Source of the DNA: Nitrospirota bacterium
GTDB lineage: Bacteria > Nitrospirota > UBA9217
Direction: 5' to 3'
Length of the DNA: 64,000 bases
NCBI GenBank assembly: GCA_963751455.1
Contig: CAVVUN010000012.1
Coordinates: 256,001 to 320,000, forward strand
Shown here: positions 21,027 through 33,200 of the stretch, piece after piece
Layout: each line of letters opens with the position of its first letter
How positions within the stretch are numbered: the first letter of the stretch is position 1
The notes under the pieces: generated by a model
What the model saw: the letters and a program-made list of their open reading frames with translations, nothing else
The model's database searches: none
Told to the model about the DNA's origin: nothing
Translations under genes and position numbers: made by a program

Positions 21027-22937
21027 TCAGTACTTTACAACTCCGAAATCATAGCTAACTCCTGGTACTGTTGAGGTATCGGCTTGTACCACTACAAACA
21101 TATTCGTGCCGGTGCTATCATAAAAGACGAATTTCCCATGTGCTTGATAATGGCTGCCAGCATTAACGTCAGGAAGGGCAATGAATTTTTGAAGGCCAAA
21201 AAGTTGATCATCAAATATTTGAACTTCGGTATCTTCTACGCTGGACAATTCCGACGGGATCACCGCCAATGAAGCAGCGGCGGATGAATGAACTGCGTGT
21301 TGTAAGCTCATGTAAAGCGACGCTTTCCGAATCATGTCAAACGTACTGCCTTCGGAGGCAGGGAAAATGTTGCCGTACTTGACTACGAAACCTGTACCGT
21401 CCTCCATCATCCAGAGGTCGCCTCCGGCAAGATAAGTCATTCCAGGAAGAGAAGAACTGTACAAGTAAACCGGAGTTCCAGACGAAATATCGAATTTCAA
21501 AATCCTATTAACTGCATCAGCATAGATCGCTTTTCCACTCGGGTGCAGTTTGATCGCCTTCATATATCCAAAAGACGCTGCGTGAGTGGCGACATCGCCG
21601 GTGTCTACATTTACGGAAAGCAATGGCGCCTGTTCCGGGACGGCATATATATAGCCGTTTCCTGCCAATACGATATCCTTAATATTGCCATTGACGGTCC
21701 AGGTAGTTGTAACTGCTTTTGACACGAGCTCAACATACGAAATAGACCCGTTATGCCCCACGGCAGCGTGCAAACCATCGGGACTGACGGAGACACTCGT
21801 GGGGACAGCGGACAAGTAGACAACCTCATCGAGGTTAGCAACCGGATCATAGATATCGACCTGGTTCGATGGGGTGCCCGATACGGCGATGATACGGTCC
21901 ATCTGTCTGCTGTATTCGGCGTCGATGACCTTGAAGACAAGCTGGGCAACGGGTCTATTTGTGATAACAACCACAATAACGGTATCTGCAGCGCTATTCA
22001 CATAGCCATTGTGGAGCAGCTGCAGGCTGAGCTCATATTTACCTTCCAGGTCTGCCGTAAACGTCTGACAGACCGATGAAGGATCCGAAAGCGTTACAGT
22101 ACTGCCCACCGGTTTTCGCTTTAAACTCCAGGAGTAGTGTACAGTTTCACTGGAGGTATCATAACTACCGCTTCCGTCGAGCTTTATTTCTAGCATAGGC
22201 CCGCTTGTACTGTATTGGTCAGGTCCGGCATCGGCGACACCGGTCATGCTCACGTTCACATCAAGTTCATCCCAGTAGTTGGCGTCCCCGTCAGACACAT
22301 AGAGATAGACTGTATAAATACCCGGCATGTCAGGCGTAAAGGTCGGTTTTACTGCATTACTGTTGGAAAGAGCCGCTTGACTGCGGAACGGCTTCTGCAG
22401 CGTCCAATGATAGGTAAGGTCATCACCGTTCGGATCAGAACTGGCGCTGCCGTCGAGCGTTACCAAGTTTCCGACATTTGCATTCTGGTCCGGACCGGCG
22501 TCTGCGACAGGAGGATCATTTTTAGCTGAAACGTCCACAGTGTCGGGATAGCTTGTCAACGTACCATCAGAGACTTCGAGACTCAGGGTAAAGAGACCGG
22601 CGCGGTCGGCTCTAAACGACGGATTCACAGCAGCCGGATCAGAAAGGACTGCGCTGCTGCCTGCAGGCTTTTTCTCGAACTGCCAGGAATACGTCAAGGG
22701 AGTGCCCTCGTCATCAGAGCTCTGGCTTCCCTCGAGTGTGACCGTTACGCCGCTGGATATTGCCTGGTCAGCTCCTGCTTTGGCAACAGGCCTCGTATTT
22801 ATTGGTCCCGATCCTGAACTCAAAGAACCCGGCTCCAGAAAGCCGTCGCCGCCTGAGCCGCACCCGGCGAGCGAAAGAAAAAGAACAACACCCGGGCAGG
22901 TCATAGAGAATATCTTTGTGATGAATTTCATGGGCAA
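21027..22937 (-). CDS. lipoprotein with three PKD-like domains and a C-terminal beta-propeller
   Basis: LAGC lipobox; PVADAGPDQ..LDGS.S.D..LTY.W repeats; SVSPDG propeller motif. Confidence 0.82.
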   Translation of the reverse strand: MPMKFITKIFSMTCPGVVLFLSLAGCGSGGDGFLEPGSLSSGSGPINTRPVAKAGADQAISSGVTVTLEGSQSSDDEGTPLTYSWQFEKKPAGSSAVLSDPAAVNPSFRADRAGLFTLSLEVSDGTLTSYPDTVDVSAKNDPPVADAGPDQNANVGNLVTLDGSASSDPNGDDLTYHWTLQKPFRSQAALSNSNAVKPTFTPDMPGIYTVYLYVSDGDANYWDELDVNVSMTGVADAGPDQYSTSGPMLEIKLDGSGSYDTSSETVHYSWSLKRKPVGSTVTLSDPSSVCQTFTADLEGKYELSLQLLHNGYVNSAADTVIVVVITNRPVAQLVFKVIDAEYSRQMDRIIAVSGTPSNQVDIYDPVANLDEVVYLSAVPTSVSVSPDGLHAAVGHNGSISYVELVSKAVTTTWTVNGNIKDIVLAGNGYIYAVPEQAPLLSVNVDTGDVATHAASFGYMKAIKLHPSGKAIYADAVNRILKFDISSGTPVYLYSSSLPGMTYLAGGDLWMMEDGTGFVVKYGNIFPASEGSTFDMIRKASLYMSLQHAVHSSAAASLAVIPSELSSVEDTEVQIFDDQLFGLQKFIALPDVNAGSHYQAHGKFVFYDSTGTNMFVVVQADTSTVPGVSYDFGVVKY

Positions 22938-22965
22938 CTCGCCGGTCCTGCGGGCCGTCAGACCG

Positions 22966-23613
22966 TTAAAAATGATGGGTCGCGGACAGCATCAAACTGA
23001 GCCCGCTCCCGTCTAGCCCGTCTTCTATTGTTCCGCTTTGCTTGACCCCCTCCGCATTCGTGTAATTTACAACACGGAACATCATGCGCAGGCCCAGAGA
23101 CATGTGTCGACTGAGATATTCATCGATGCCGACTCCCAAATTTAACCCGGACCCGGAAAGTATCGCGTCTCCTGTTTCCCCCGTAGAAAGATTTTGCGAG
23201 CCGTCTCGAATAATAAGGACATTATCACTGCTGCCGAACAAGAGGTATGATTCTGATTCTGTTGTCGAAGCAAAAATATATTTTCCATTGATACTGAAAC
23301 TGAAGTAGTCAACATTCCCGGAGAAGCGCCCCCATTTCCCGCCATGGGTTGAACCAAGGAAATTCAATTCGACTGCCCACTTCTGGCTTATTCCATAGCC
23401 GAAGAAAATGTCGAGACCGAAAGACGGATCAATTCTAGGCACGATAATAACTTCATCGCCCTGCTGCAAATCCGATTTTCCGTTAAAATCGCCATCGATT
23501 GTGTTGTAGGGAACCCCCAGCCCGAGGTAAAAGCCTCGTTTTGCATCAGCATCACAAGTTATACCGAGGATCATGATCAAGACTAAACTCAAAATAAATC
23601 GAGTTTTATGCAT
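22966..23613 (-). CDS. outer-membrane beta-barrel protein
   Basis: Signal peptide, GFYLGLG, alternating beta pattern, terminal Phe. Confidence 0.78.
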   Translation of the reverse strand: MHKTRFILSLVLIMILGITCDADAKRGFYLGLGVPYNTIDGDFNGKSDLQQGDEVIIVPRIDPSFGLDIFFGYGISQKWAVELNFLGSTHGGKWGRFSGNVDYFSFSINGKYIFASTTESESYLLFGSSDNVLIIRDGSQNLSTGETGDAILSGSGLNLGVGIDEYLSRHMSLGLRMMFRVVNYTNAEGVKQSGTIEDGLDGSGLSLMLSATHHF

Positions 23614-24100
23614 TGATTCTCCTGGTGCCACTTTCAATTGCGGAATGACAATCTGAGTGCGATGAAATCTGATATTTACACGAACCTGTCATTGATGGGA
23701 TAAAGCTGAACCAATATTGTAAATTGCAAAATGCAAATTGAAGATAGTCAGACGGGGAAATGCTCTCGTGGATTGGTATCGTAATTATACGGATGCGCGA
23801 TTTGTTGTCAAGGGTAGAAGCAGACGCGATGATTGGGAGACGATGGAAACAGACGCAACAGCAACAGAGCGGCAACGAGGAGCGGCCAAAAAAGACGAAA
23901 ACCAAAGAGTGAAGGTTCAAGCCGCACTAAGCATCAGCTTAACCTTTGGAACTGGTAAAGCATCTTCTGTTCACATAATGATACAATCTGCAATACCCTG
24001 AAAATACCCCGCACATATCAGTTAATTTTAGTTGAATATACGAAATATGCCTGATACCATAGTTTTATCAAATTCGGAACCAGGAAACGGAGGATGTGCC

Positions 24101-24991
24101 ATGAAAAAAAGCCTCATCAGTGTCTTCTACAGTATGGTTGTCTTTTTACTCTGCTTTTACGCAGCAACGGCAGGCGCCAACGAGGAGCAGTACCAGACAG
24201 AGATTTCAGCTTTGTATGGCAACCTGGAAGCCGGCGACGATTTCAAAATGACTACGAAGGCCATTAACGGGGAGGTGTTCTTCGCTCCGGTGAACACGAA
24301 AGGTCATCCCTATGCGGAAGCGGCCTTTCTTGAACGGATCGGCAGCGCTTCTCTGGCAGCCTTTCGTTCAGATATAAAAGCAACAGGCAACAAGGGCGAC
24401 GGAATGACATATATGGTGGGGGTTAATATTGCACAGCCTGGTTTCCCGGTCGCAGTAGAACTGATGTATTCCACTTCAAATTTCGATTATGGACCTCCCA
24501 GCGACTCTACGTTTAAGAGCAAGGGATATGGACTCAGAGTCGGCAACTACTTCACGGACCATCTGCTCGCCGGGGTTGAACTGTCAACCAGCAAGACAGA
24601 TGCTTCGGCTTCCGGTTTCGCCATGACGTTCAAGTCCAAAGATTACGGGTTGTTTGCACGATATGCCGGCGAATTGTCAAAGGGCAAACATGTGAGCTTC
24701 GAAGGAAACGTCTTACAGAGCACGTCTGAAGACGACACCGACAAGGAAAAAAATACCAGTATCGGCTTGAGTGCTGATTACTTTTTTAACCGGGCTTTGA
24801 GTACGGGAATCGGCCTCGAGAAAAGCTCCGGCGATAGTGAATCCGACGAGGGCATGACCTACTCCGCGAACATTCGCTATTTCTTCACGCCCCGTTACTC
24901 CGTTCAGCTCGGATACGACCGGTTCCTGAACAGCAACGAGGGTTCCTGGAGCGACTGGTCCTATAACCTCACGCTTGCGGCACGGTTTTGA
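24101..24991 (+). CDS. putative porin
   Basis: GGAGG RBS, signal peptide, PYAEAAFLER motif, C-terminal ARF. Confidence 0.78.
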   Translation: MKKSLISVFYSMVVFLLCFYAATAGANEEQYQTEISALYGNLEAGDDFKMTTKAINGEVFFAPVNTKGHPYAEAAFLERIGSASLAAFRSDIKATGNKGDGMTYMVGVNIAQPGFPVAVELMYSTSNFDYGPPSDSTFKSKGYGLRVGNYFTDHLLAGVELSTSKTDASASGFAMTFKSKDYGLFARYAGELSKGKHVSFEGNVLQSTSEDDTDKEKNTSIGLSADYFFNRALSTGIGLEKSSGDSESDEGMTYSANIRYFFTPRYSVQLGYDRFLNSNEGSWSDWSYNLTLAARF

Positions 24992-25031
24992 TTAAAACCG
25001 ACGTGAAATGAGAAGCGACAAGGGAAGGTTC

Positions 25032-25149
25032 AACTCTTCAGGCCGGAACTGCCCTTCCCCCTATTGATGATCATCATCTTCCTGCTCGCCAATTTCGTGC
25101 CCGGGAATGTAAGGACTCGATACATTGGGCCGGAAATGACAGATGGTTC
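25032..25149 (-). repeat. diverged copy of the 3' end of the SDR gene (20163-20280)
   Basis: Shared aactcttc..ccggaactgcccttcccc..atgatcatcatcttcctgctcgccaatttcgt..gccggaaatgacaga. Confidence 0.85.
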
Positions 25150-25205
25150 TTTGCGCGCCATCGAGATCAATAAAAATTTCGTTCCGGATAAGCACTACTT
25201 CAATT

Positions 25206-25241
25206 AAAAAAGGACACCGGACGATTCCCGGTGCCCTTTTT
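25206..25241. terminator. bidirectional terminator
   Basis: A-run, GGACACCGG/CCGGTGCCC stem, T-run, between convergent genes. Confidence 0.7.
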
Positions 25242-25324
25242 AATCTGACCGCGATACTTGACGGTTAAAGCCGGACACTGAAACGGCCAGGTGTTGCCGA
25301 AGGCTGTTCCAAACGAAGTCCATG

Positions 25325-25828
25325 TCACGAAACAAGTCGTTCCAGTAAAGACTCTATGAACCTGCCTGCAGGTTGCCCATTTCGTGCAGGTTCACTAAAC
25401 AGCTTTACATCGCCGGTGATCCGTGCATTGCCGAAGAGCAGGGCATTTCCGGCGATTTCCGCTTTTTCGAACACCTCGGTTGCCCCGGTTATGACTGCAT
25501 CGCCGTGCACGCGCGCGCAACCGTAGATCTTTGCATCATCCTGGACCCTGGCATTGCCGTAGACCCTTGCACTGCCGAAGATCTGAGCGCTGCCTGAAAC
25601 TTCCGCCTTGTCCGATATCCAGGCATTCCCGAATACAATCACATCGTCGCTGACTTTGCAATGACCGCAGACCTTTGAGCAGGGACCGACATAGACTGTG
25701 TCCGCTACTTGCGCAGTCTCTGCTACCAGCCCTCCCCCGTTCGGATGATGGTGGTATCTTACTCCATCGATCTCCAAAACCGGACCCTCTGTCAAAACCT
25801 TGATATTTCCGTTCATACCTGCGTTCAT
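25325..25828 (-). CDS. left-handed beta-helix (hexapeptide repeat) protein
   Basis: HPNGGGLVAETA followed by xVxGxA hexapeptide repeats. Confidence 0.8.
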   Translation of the reverse strand: MNAGMNGNIKVLTEGPVLEIDGVRYHHHPNGGGLVAETAQVADTVYVGPCSKVCGHCKVSDDVIVFGNAWISDKAEVSGSAQIFGSARVYGNARVQDDAKIYGCARVHGDAVITGATEVFEKAEIAGNALLFGNARITGDVKLFSEPARNGQPAGRFIESLLERLVS

Positions 25829-26174
25829 ATTTTTTCTCCTTTCCTGAGAAATCGTTCACGACCCGAATTTGTACCCGGTTTTTCCATTCCCTTTCTAAAA
25901 CAAAGGTACTTGATCGTGAATATTGTTTCTCGGCAATCTGTGCTATTTATCTCGGCTTATGCGGTCTGTTTTGATTTGTTTTTCCGAAGCGAATTGTGAA
26001 CCGCGAAATTTTCAGGACAAAACCGAAGTCGATCGCGTTAGTTCGAGACTTTGAATTAATTTAAGACAGCTTTTTGCAGTTTCCATAAACTTTATGCCAT
26101 TTGAAGCAGCACTACCCAATAAGGTAAGCAGTTATGATACTATTAAAGTATGAAGACAAGACTACTGACAGCAG

Positions 26175-27092
26175 ATGCGCCTTAGAGAGGATATGGACAT
26201 TACAAAACAGGTAAACGGGAAGAAGAGTCAGGTACTGATCGTGGAAGACGATCCGGAGATCACCAGCTTTTTGAAGGTGCTGCTTTCAGAGCTCTATTCC
26301 GTTACGGTCGTATCGGAAGGCAGAACTGCGATGGAAAAGATGGAGTCGCCGGAAAACAATACCGATGTCGTCGTTCTCGATTACCGGTTGCCGGACATAT
26401 CAGGCCTGGAGGTGTTGCGAAAAATAAAAAGATTGAAGCCTCATATTCCCGTGATATTCATTACTGCATATGGAGATGAGGAAGTTGCAGTGAAGGCGTT
26501 CAGGTGCGGAGTGAGAGATTACCTGAAGAAACCGTTTAATTATAATGAATTTTTACATTCCCTGAAAGCATGTCTGGCGCTTTCTCTCCTGGATAAGCGC
26601 GGGCCAAGAAGAGTTTTAACAGATGACGTAGACAGGATCACGTCCGACTTTATCAACGGGATTAACAATGCGGCAACGAAATATAATTTACAGAAAGCCG
26701 TCATCTATATAAATAACAACTACATGACCAGGATCACCCGCGATAAAGTGGCAAAAGAAGCATGCAGTTCCAAAAATCACTTTTCCCGCGAATTCAAAAA
26801 AATATTCGGCTGTACGTTTAAGGATTATATCAATAAGCTCAGAATTGAAAAAGCAAGAGAGCTCTTGAAAAATACCAGGATATCGATAACTGAAGCTGCT
26901 TTTTCCGTGGGCTATCCCGATCTCACCAATTTCGAAAGAGTTTTTAAAAAGATCGTGGGCTGCACTCCCAGGGAATTCAAAAACCGCCATAAGCCCGGAG
27001 AAAATGCGGCAAGCAGCTTGAATAGCATGGACCAGGATATATGCTGTGATTCAATAGCGGATTTCGGTTTGCCGATTGTGCCTAAAGAATAG
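26175..27092 (+). CDS. response regulator (REC + AraC-type HTH)
   Basis: VEDD, LDYRLPD, ITAYG, KKPF; C-terminal AraC helices (FSREFKK, VGY..F.RVFKK..G.TP); start may be 26193. Confidence 0.9.
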   Translation: MRLREDMDITKQVNGKKSQVLIVEDDPEITSFLKVLLSELYSVTVVSEGRTAMEKMESPENNTDVVVLDYRLPDISGLEVLRKIKRLKPHIPVIFITAYGDEEVAVKAFRCGVRDYLKKPFNYNEFLHSLKACLALSLLDKRGPRRVLTDDVDRITSDFINGINNAATKYNLQKAVIYINNNYMTRITRDKVAKEACSSKNHFSREFKKIFGCTFKDYINKLRIEKARELLKNTRISITEAAFSVGYPDLTNFERVFKKIVGCTPREFKNRHKPGENAASSLNSMDQDICCDSIADFGLPIVPKE

Positions 27093-27231
27093 ACTTTAGA
27101 GGGACTGATTGTAAATCGGACCCTGAGACAGAAGCGACGGGGAGAACCAGACCGGGTGATCGAGAATCGAAGGGGTGACTCGGGACAGGTCCCAGATAAA
27201 GGTTAGCCGCGAATACGAATTTATCCCTGAC

Positions 27232-27285
27232 ATGCAATACCCAGGGCCACAGTGACTCTTCAATCACTGTGGCCCTGGCTTGCAT
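27232..27285 (-). terminator. strong hairpin after the S8 protease gene
   Basis: CCAGGGCCACAGTGA / TCACTGTGGCCCTGG perfect 15-bp stem. Confidence 0.65.
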
Positions 27286-27292
27286 TGCTGTA

Positions 27293-30200
27293 TTATAAAG
27301 GTGTACTGAAGCTGAAGCTGTACTGGACGTTCGGGTTAGCGTCCTTGTCCATGACTGCGCCGGCAGGCACGGTCACACTATACGTTTTGCCCATTTCAAG
27401 ATTTGCGACCGGATCGATTACGATAAGCGCGGTATTTACGATCTCGGCCCATTCCCAGTCGTCCCAGTATCTGTCGTAGTCAATGCTGGCGTTCACAATA
27501 TTGCCTGCTTCGTCTTTCAGAACAATGCCGCCAAAGTTGGCCCCTGCTGACGTCTCCTCGGTAAGATTCACATTGATGGTCGTGCCCACTGCTACGTTCA
27601 CCGCGTTATTTGCAGGAGTACTGCCGGTTATCGCGGGCGCTATGATGTCCAGTGTCCTGAAGTTGAAGCTGTAGGCGTCCAAGGCCACACCCTCGGCGTT
27701 CCTGATGGAATCAGCCGGGATCGTGACCGTATATACGGTGTCGTTCGCGAGGTTCGCCACCGGGTCGATCGTCAGCACGTTTGCGTTCAGGCTGATCGTG
27801 CTCTCGATTGTCGTCGCTCCCGCCTTGAGCGTGATGCTGCCGAACGCGGGACCCTGGACTCCGTTCTCGCTCAGGTTTACGGTGATCGTCTGGTCCGTGG
27901 GGAACCGGATCACGTTGTGCGCGGGGTTGGTTATCGTTACCCTGGACCGCGTAGTGAAGCCGAAGTTGTACTGACCGTTCGGGTGGCCTTGCTCGTCACG
28001 GATCGCGTCGTGCGGGATCGTTACCGTGTACGTGACGTCATTGTCGAGGTACGACGCGGGAAGTATCGTGAGCACGTTTCCGTTTATGCTGACCGCGCTC
28101 TGGACGGGCATCGACCCTTTCTTGACCATGATGCCGTTGAAGTTGGGGCCCTGCACTCCGTTGTGGGCCAGGGTTACGGTGATCGCCTGGTCCACCGGGA
28201 CTCCGGTCGCGCCGTTCGCGGGGTTGGTTGACATTACCATGAACGGCGTGCTGAAGCTGAAGCTGTACTGGCTGTTCGGGTTGCCGTCCTTGTCCCGGAC
28301 CGCGTCCGCCGGAACGGTGACAGTGTAGATTTTGCCCATTTCAAGATTTGCACCCGGGTCGATTACGATGATCCTGGTATCAACAATCTCGGCCCATTCC
28401 CAGTCATCCCAATACCGGTTGTAGTCGATCGCTGTGGCAACCGTATTGCCGGCACTGTCTTTCAGAGTGATGCCGCTCCAGTTAGGTCCAGTTGCAGTGT
28501 CTTCGCTCAGATTCACATTGATGGTCGTGCCGACTGCGATGCTGGTCGTGCCATCAGCGGGACTGGTGCTGCTCACCGCGGGAGCCAGGACGTCCAGGGT
28601 CCTGAAGTTGAAACTGAACGCATTCACAGCCACGCCCGCGGCGTTCCTGATCGCATCGGCCGGGATGGTCACTGTATATACCGTGTCGTTAATGAGGTTT
28701 GCCACCGGGTCGATCGTGAGCACATTTCCGCTCAGGCTGACGCCAGCCTCAATAGTTGTTGCTCCGGCCTTCAGGGTGATGCTGTTGAAGGCGGGGCACT
28801 GCACCCCGGCGTCGCTCAGTGTTACGGTGATCGTCTGGTCCACCGGGACCATGGTCGCGTTGTTTGCGGGGCTGGTTGCCGTTACCAGGAACGACGTGCT
28901 GAAGCTGAAGCTGTACTGGCTGTTCGGGTTGCCGTCCTTGTCCCTGACAGCGTCCGCGGGGACGGTGACATTATAGGTTTTGCCCATTTCAAGATTCGCA
29001 GCCGGGTCGATCACGATGATTCTGGTGTTGACTCTCTCTTCCCATTCCTCTTCACCTACTTCTTCCCAGTACCGGTAGTAGTCGATGGCCGCATTCACCG
29101 GATTCGCGGCTGCGTCTTTAAGGGTGATTGCGCCGAAATTGGGCCCTGTTGACGTCTCTTCCGTAAGATTCACCGTGACGGTCGTGCCCACCGCTACGCT
29201 GGTCGCGCCGTTCGCGGGTTCGGTGCTGCTTACTGCCGGTGAACTGATGTCCACGGTCCTGAAGCTGAAGCTGTACGCGTTCACGGGCACGCCTCCGGCA
29301 TTCCTGATCGCATCAGCCGGGATGTTCACCGTGTAGGTGGTGTCGTTGCTGAGGTTTGCAGCCGGGTCGATCGTGAGCACGTTTGCGTTCAGGCTGATCG
29401 CGCTCTCGATCGTCGTCGCCCCGGCCTTGAGCGTGATGTTGCTGAAGGCGGGGCACTGCACCCCGTCGCCGCTCAGGGTTACGGTGATCGTCTGGCCGAC
29501 CGGGACCATGGTCGCGTTGTTGGCGGGGCTGGTTGCCGTTACTATGAACGGCGTGCTGAAGCTGAAGCTGTACTGGCTGTTCGGGTTGCCGTCCTTGTCC
29601 CTGACCGCGTCCGCGGGGACGGTGACGTTATAAGTTTTGCCCATTTCAAGATTTGCGACCGGGTCGATCACGATGATTCTGGTGTTGACTCTCTCTTCCC
29701 ATTCCTCTTCACCTACTTCTTCCCAGTACCGGTAGTAGTCGATGGCCGCGTTCACCGGATTCGCGGTTGCGTCTTTAAGGGTGATTGCGCCGAAATTGGG
29801 CCCTGTTGACGTCTCTTCCGTAAGATTCACCGTGACGGTCGTGCCCACCGCTACGCTGGTCGCGCCGTTCGCGGGCGTGCTGCCGGTTATTGCGGGCGCT
29901 ACGATGTCCAGCGTCCTGAAGCTGAAGCTGTACGCGTTCACGGGCACGCCTCCGGCATTCCTGATCGCATCAGCCGGGATGTTCACCGTGTAGGTGGTGT
30001 CGTTGCTGAGGTTTGCAGCCGGGTCGATCGTGAGCACGTTTGCGTTCAGGCTGATCGCGCTCTCGATCGTCGTTGCCCCGGCCTTGAGCGTGATGTTGCT
30101 GAAGGCGGGGCACTGCACCCCGTCGCCGCTCAGGGTTACGGTGATCGTCTGGCCGACCGGGACCATGGTCGCGTTGTTGGCGGGGCTGGTTGCCGTTACT

Positions 30201-33200
30201 ATGAACGGCGTGCTGAAGCTGAAGCTGTACTGGCTGTTCGGGTTGCCGTCCTTGTCCCTGACCGCGTCCGCGGGGACGGTGACGTTATAAGTTTTGCCCA
30301 TTTCAAGATTTGCGACCGGGTCGATCACGATGATTCTGGTGTTGACTCTCTCTTCCCATTCCTCTTCACCTACTTCTTCCCAGTACCGGTAGTAGTCGAT
30401 GGCCGCGTTCACCGGATTCGCGGTTGCGTCTTTAAGGATGATTGCGCCGAAATTGGGCCCTGTTGACGTCTCTTCCGTAAGATTCACCGTGACGGTCGTG
30501 CCCACCGCTACGCTGGTCGCGCCGTTCGCGGGCGTGCTGCCGGTTATTGCGGGCGCTACGATGTCCAGCGTCCTGAAGCTGAAGCTGTACGCGTTTGTTG
30601 AGACACCGCCGGCATTCCTGATCGCATCAGCAGGAATATTAACGGTGTATGTGGTGTCGTTGGTGAGGTTCGCGGCCGGGTCAATCGTGAGTACGTTTGC
30701 GTTTATGCTGATCGCGCTCTGGACGGTCGTCGCCCCGGCCTTGAGCGTGATACTGTTGAACGCGGGACCCTGCACTCCGTTGTCGCTCAAGGTTACGGTG
30801 ATCGTCTGGTCCACCGGGACCCGGGTCGCATTGTTCGCGGGGCTGGTAGCCGTTACTATGAACGGCGTCTTGAAGCTGAAGTTGTACTGGCTGTTCGGGT
30901 TTCCGTCCTTGTCCCTGACTGCGTCAGCCGGAACGGTCACAACATAGGTTTTGCCCATTTCAAGATTTGCGACCGGATCGATTACGATAAGCGCGGTATT
31001 AACGTACCATTCCCATTCCTCATCGTCAAAAGACCGGTAGTAATCGATCGCTGCATTCACAATATTGCCGGCTGCGTCTTTAAGAACGATGCCGCCAAAG
31101 TTGGCCCCTTGTGACGTCTCCTCAGTAAGGTTCACGGTGATGGTCGTGCCCACAGCTACGTTGGTCGCGTTGTTAGCGGGAGTGCTGCCGCTTACCGCAG
31201 GCGGCACGATGTCCAAGGTCCTGAAGCTGAAGCTACACGCGTTTACGGGCACGCTCGCGGCATCCCTGATGGAATCGGCCGGGATCGTGACCGTGTACGT
31301 GGTGTCATTGCTAAGGTTCGCCGCCGGGTCGATCGTGAGCACGTTTGCGTTTATGCTGATCGCGCTCTGGATCGTCGTTGCCCCGGCCTTGAGCGTGATA
31401 TTGCTGAACGCGGGACCCTGCACCCCATTCTCGCTAAACGTAACAGTAATTGTTTTACCTACGGGGACCATCGTCGCGTTATTTGCCGGGTCTGTGGAAG
31501 TTACGGAAAAAGGCGTCCGGAAGCTGAAGAGATACGCCTCGTTTCCGAGACCTCCGAGGTCCTTGACCGCGTTCGCCGGGATGGTTACAATATACATTTT
31601 GCCCAGTTGAAGATCCGCAATGGGATTGATTACAATAACCCTCGTGTCATAATACCAATCTTCCCATTCGTCCTGGTATCGGAGGTAATCAATGCCGGCG
31701 CTCACAATATTGCCGCTTTCGTCTTTGAGAAAGATGCCGGTAAAGCTGGTTCCTTTCGTCGTCTCTTCAGTGAGATTCACGGTGATGGTGGTGGATAGAG
31801 GTACGTCGATCGCGCCGTTTGAGGGATTGGTGCTGCTGACCGCGGGCGGTATGATATCAGCGGTTTTGAAGTTGAACGTATATCCGGATTGCAGCATATT
31901 GCCCTGTGGCGTGTCTTTTACCGACTCCGCAGGAATGGTGACGGTATAGTCGGTCTCGCTGCTCAGATTCGATGCCGGATCAATGCTCACGATGTTTCCA
32001 CCTATGCTCACGGTGGCCTGCACAGTCGTTGATCCGCTCTTGAGCGTGATCAGGCTGAAGTTTGTCGCCTCCTGTATGCTCTCGCTGAACGTGACCGTGA
32101 TCGTTTTATCAACAGGGACTTTTGTGGCGTTGTTTACCGGGTCGCTGCCGGACACCGTAGGCGGCAGCGCATCCGGCAGTGTGCTGAAACCGAATGTATA
32201 AGCGGCCAGGCTGTTGCCCGATGGGTCGGTTATGGCGTTGTCAGGGATCGTGACGGTGTAGGTCGTATTGTTCCCCAGATTTAAAACCGGGTCGATGCTT
32301 AAAACATTGCCGGTTATGTTTATCGCTGACTGCACAACGGACGTGCCCGATTTTAACGCTATCTGGCTGAAATTGCTTCCTTTGATCACTTTTTCGCTGA
32401 TAGTTATTGTCACGGTTTGCATTGCGAGTACGGTTGTGGATCCGTCAGCCGGATCAGTGCCGGTTATAACGGGGAATATGGTATCCGGTGTTTTAAAGCT
32501 GAAGGTGTATGATGCCAGGGGTGTTCCGTCTATCTTCTGTACGGCGCCTGCCGGGATGGTTACGGTATATGCCTTGTTCAACTCAAGATCAGCCACCGGG
32601 TCTATTGTCAGCACGCTGCCGCTTATGTGGGAAACGATTGCAACCGTTGTTTCCCCGGTCTTCAGGCTGACGGCCCCGAATTCGGTTCCCGCCTGCACCT
32701 CCATATTATATGTCACGGTTATGGTCTTATCGACCGGAACTTCGATCGCCCCGTTTGCCGGGTCGGTAAACCGCACGTCCAGTTTCATCAATGCGCTGCC
32801 GGCCTTGGCCATCCCGCCCGACACTGTTATCCCCTGAAGAGACGCCAAAGGCGCTGCTGATTCCATGAGCAAATCGCGGACGACTTCCGGCGTGCTGGCA
32901 GGGGCCCGGCTCAGGATCAGCGCAACAATACCCGCCACATGCGGGGTCGCCATCGAGGTCCCGCTGAGATAACCGTATGCATTTCCGGGCATACTACTGA
33001 GAACATCTAGCCCCGGCGCGCCGACATCCACGGTTGTTGCGCCGTAGTTGGAGAAGTACGCCAATTCTCCCTGGTTATTGATCGCGGCGACCGAGATTAT
33101 ATTGCTGCAATCGTAGGCCGCAGGATACATGGGTGAGATATCGGCATTTTGCGAACTGTTTCCGGCCGCTGCCACAAAGACTCCGCCCCAAGTCGCGATG

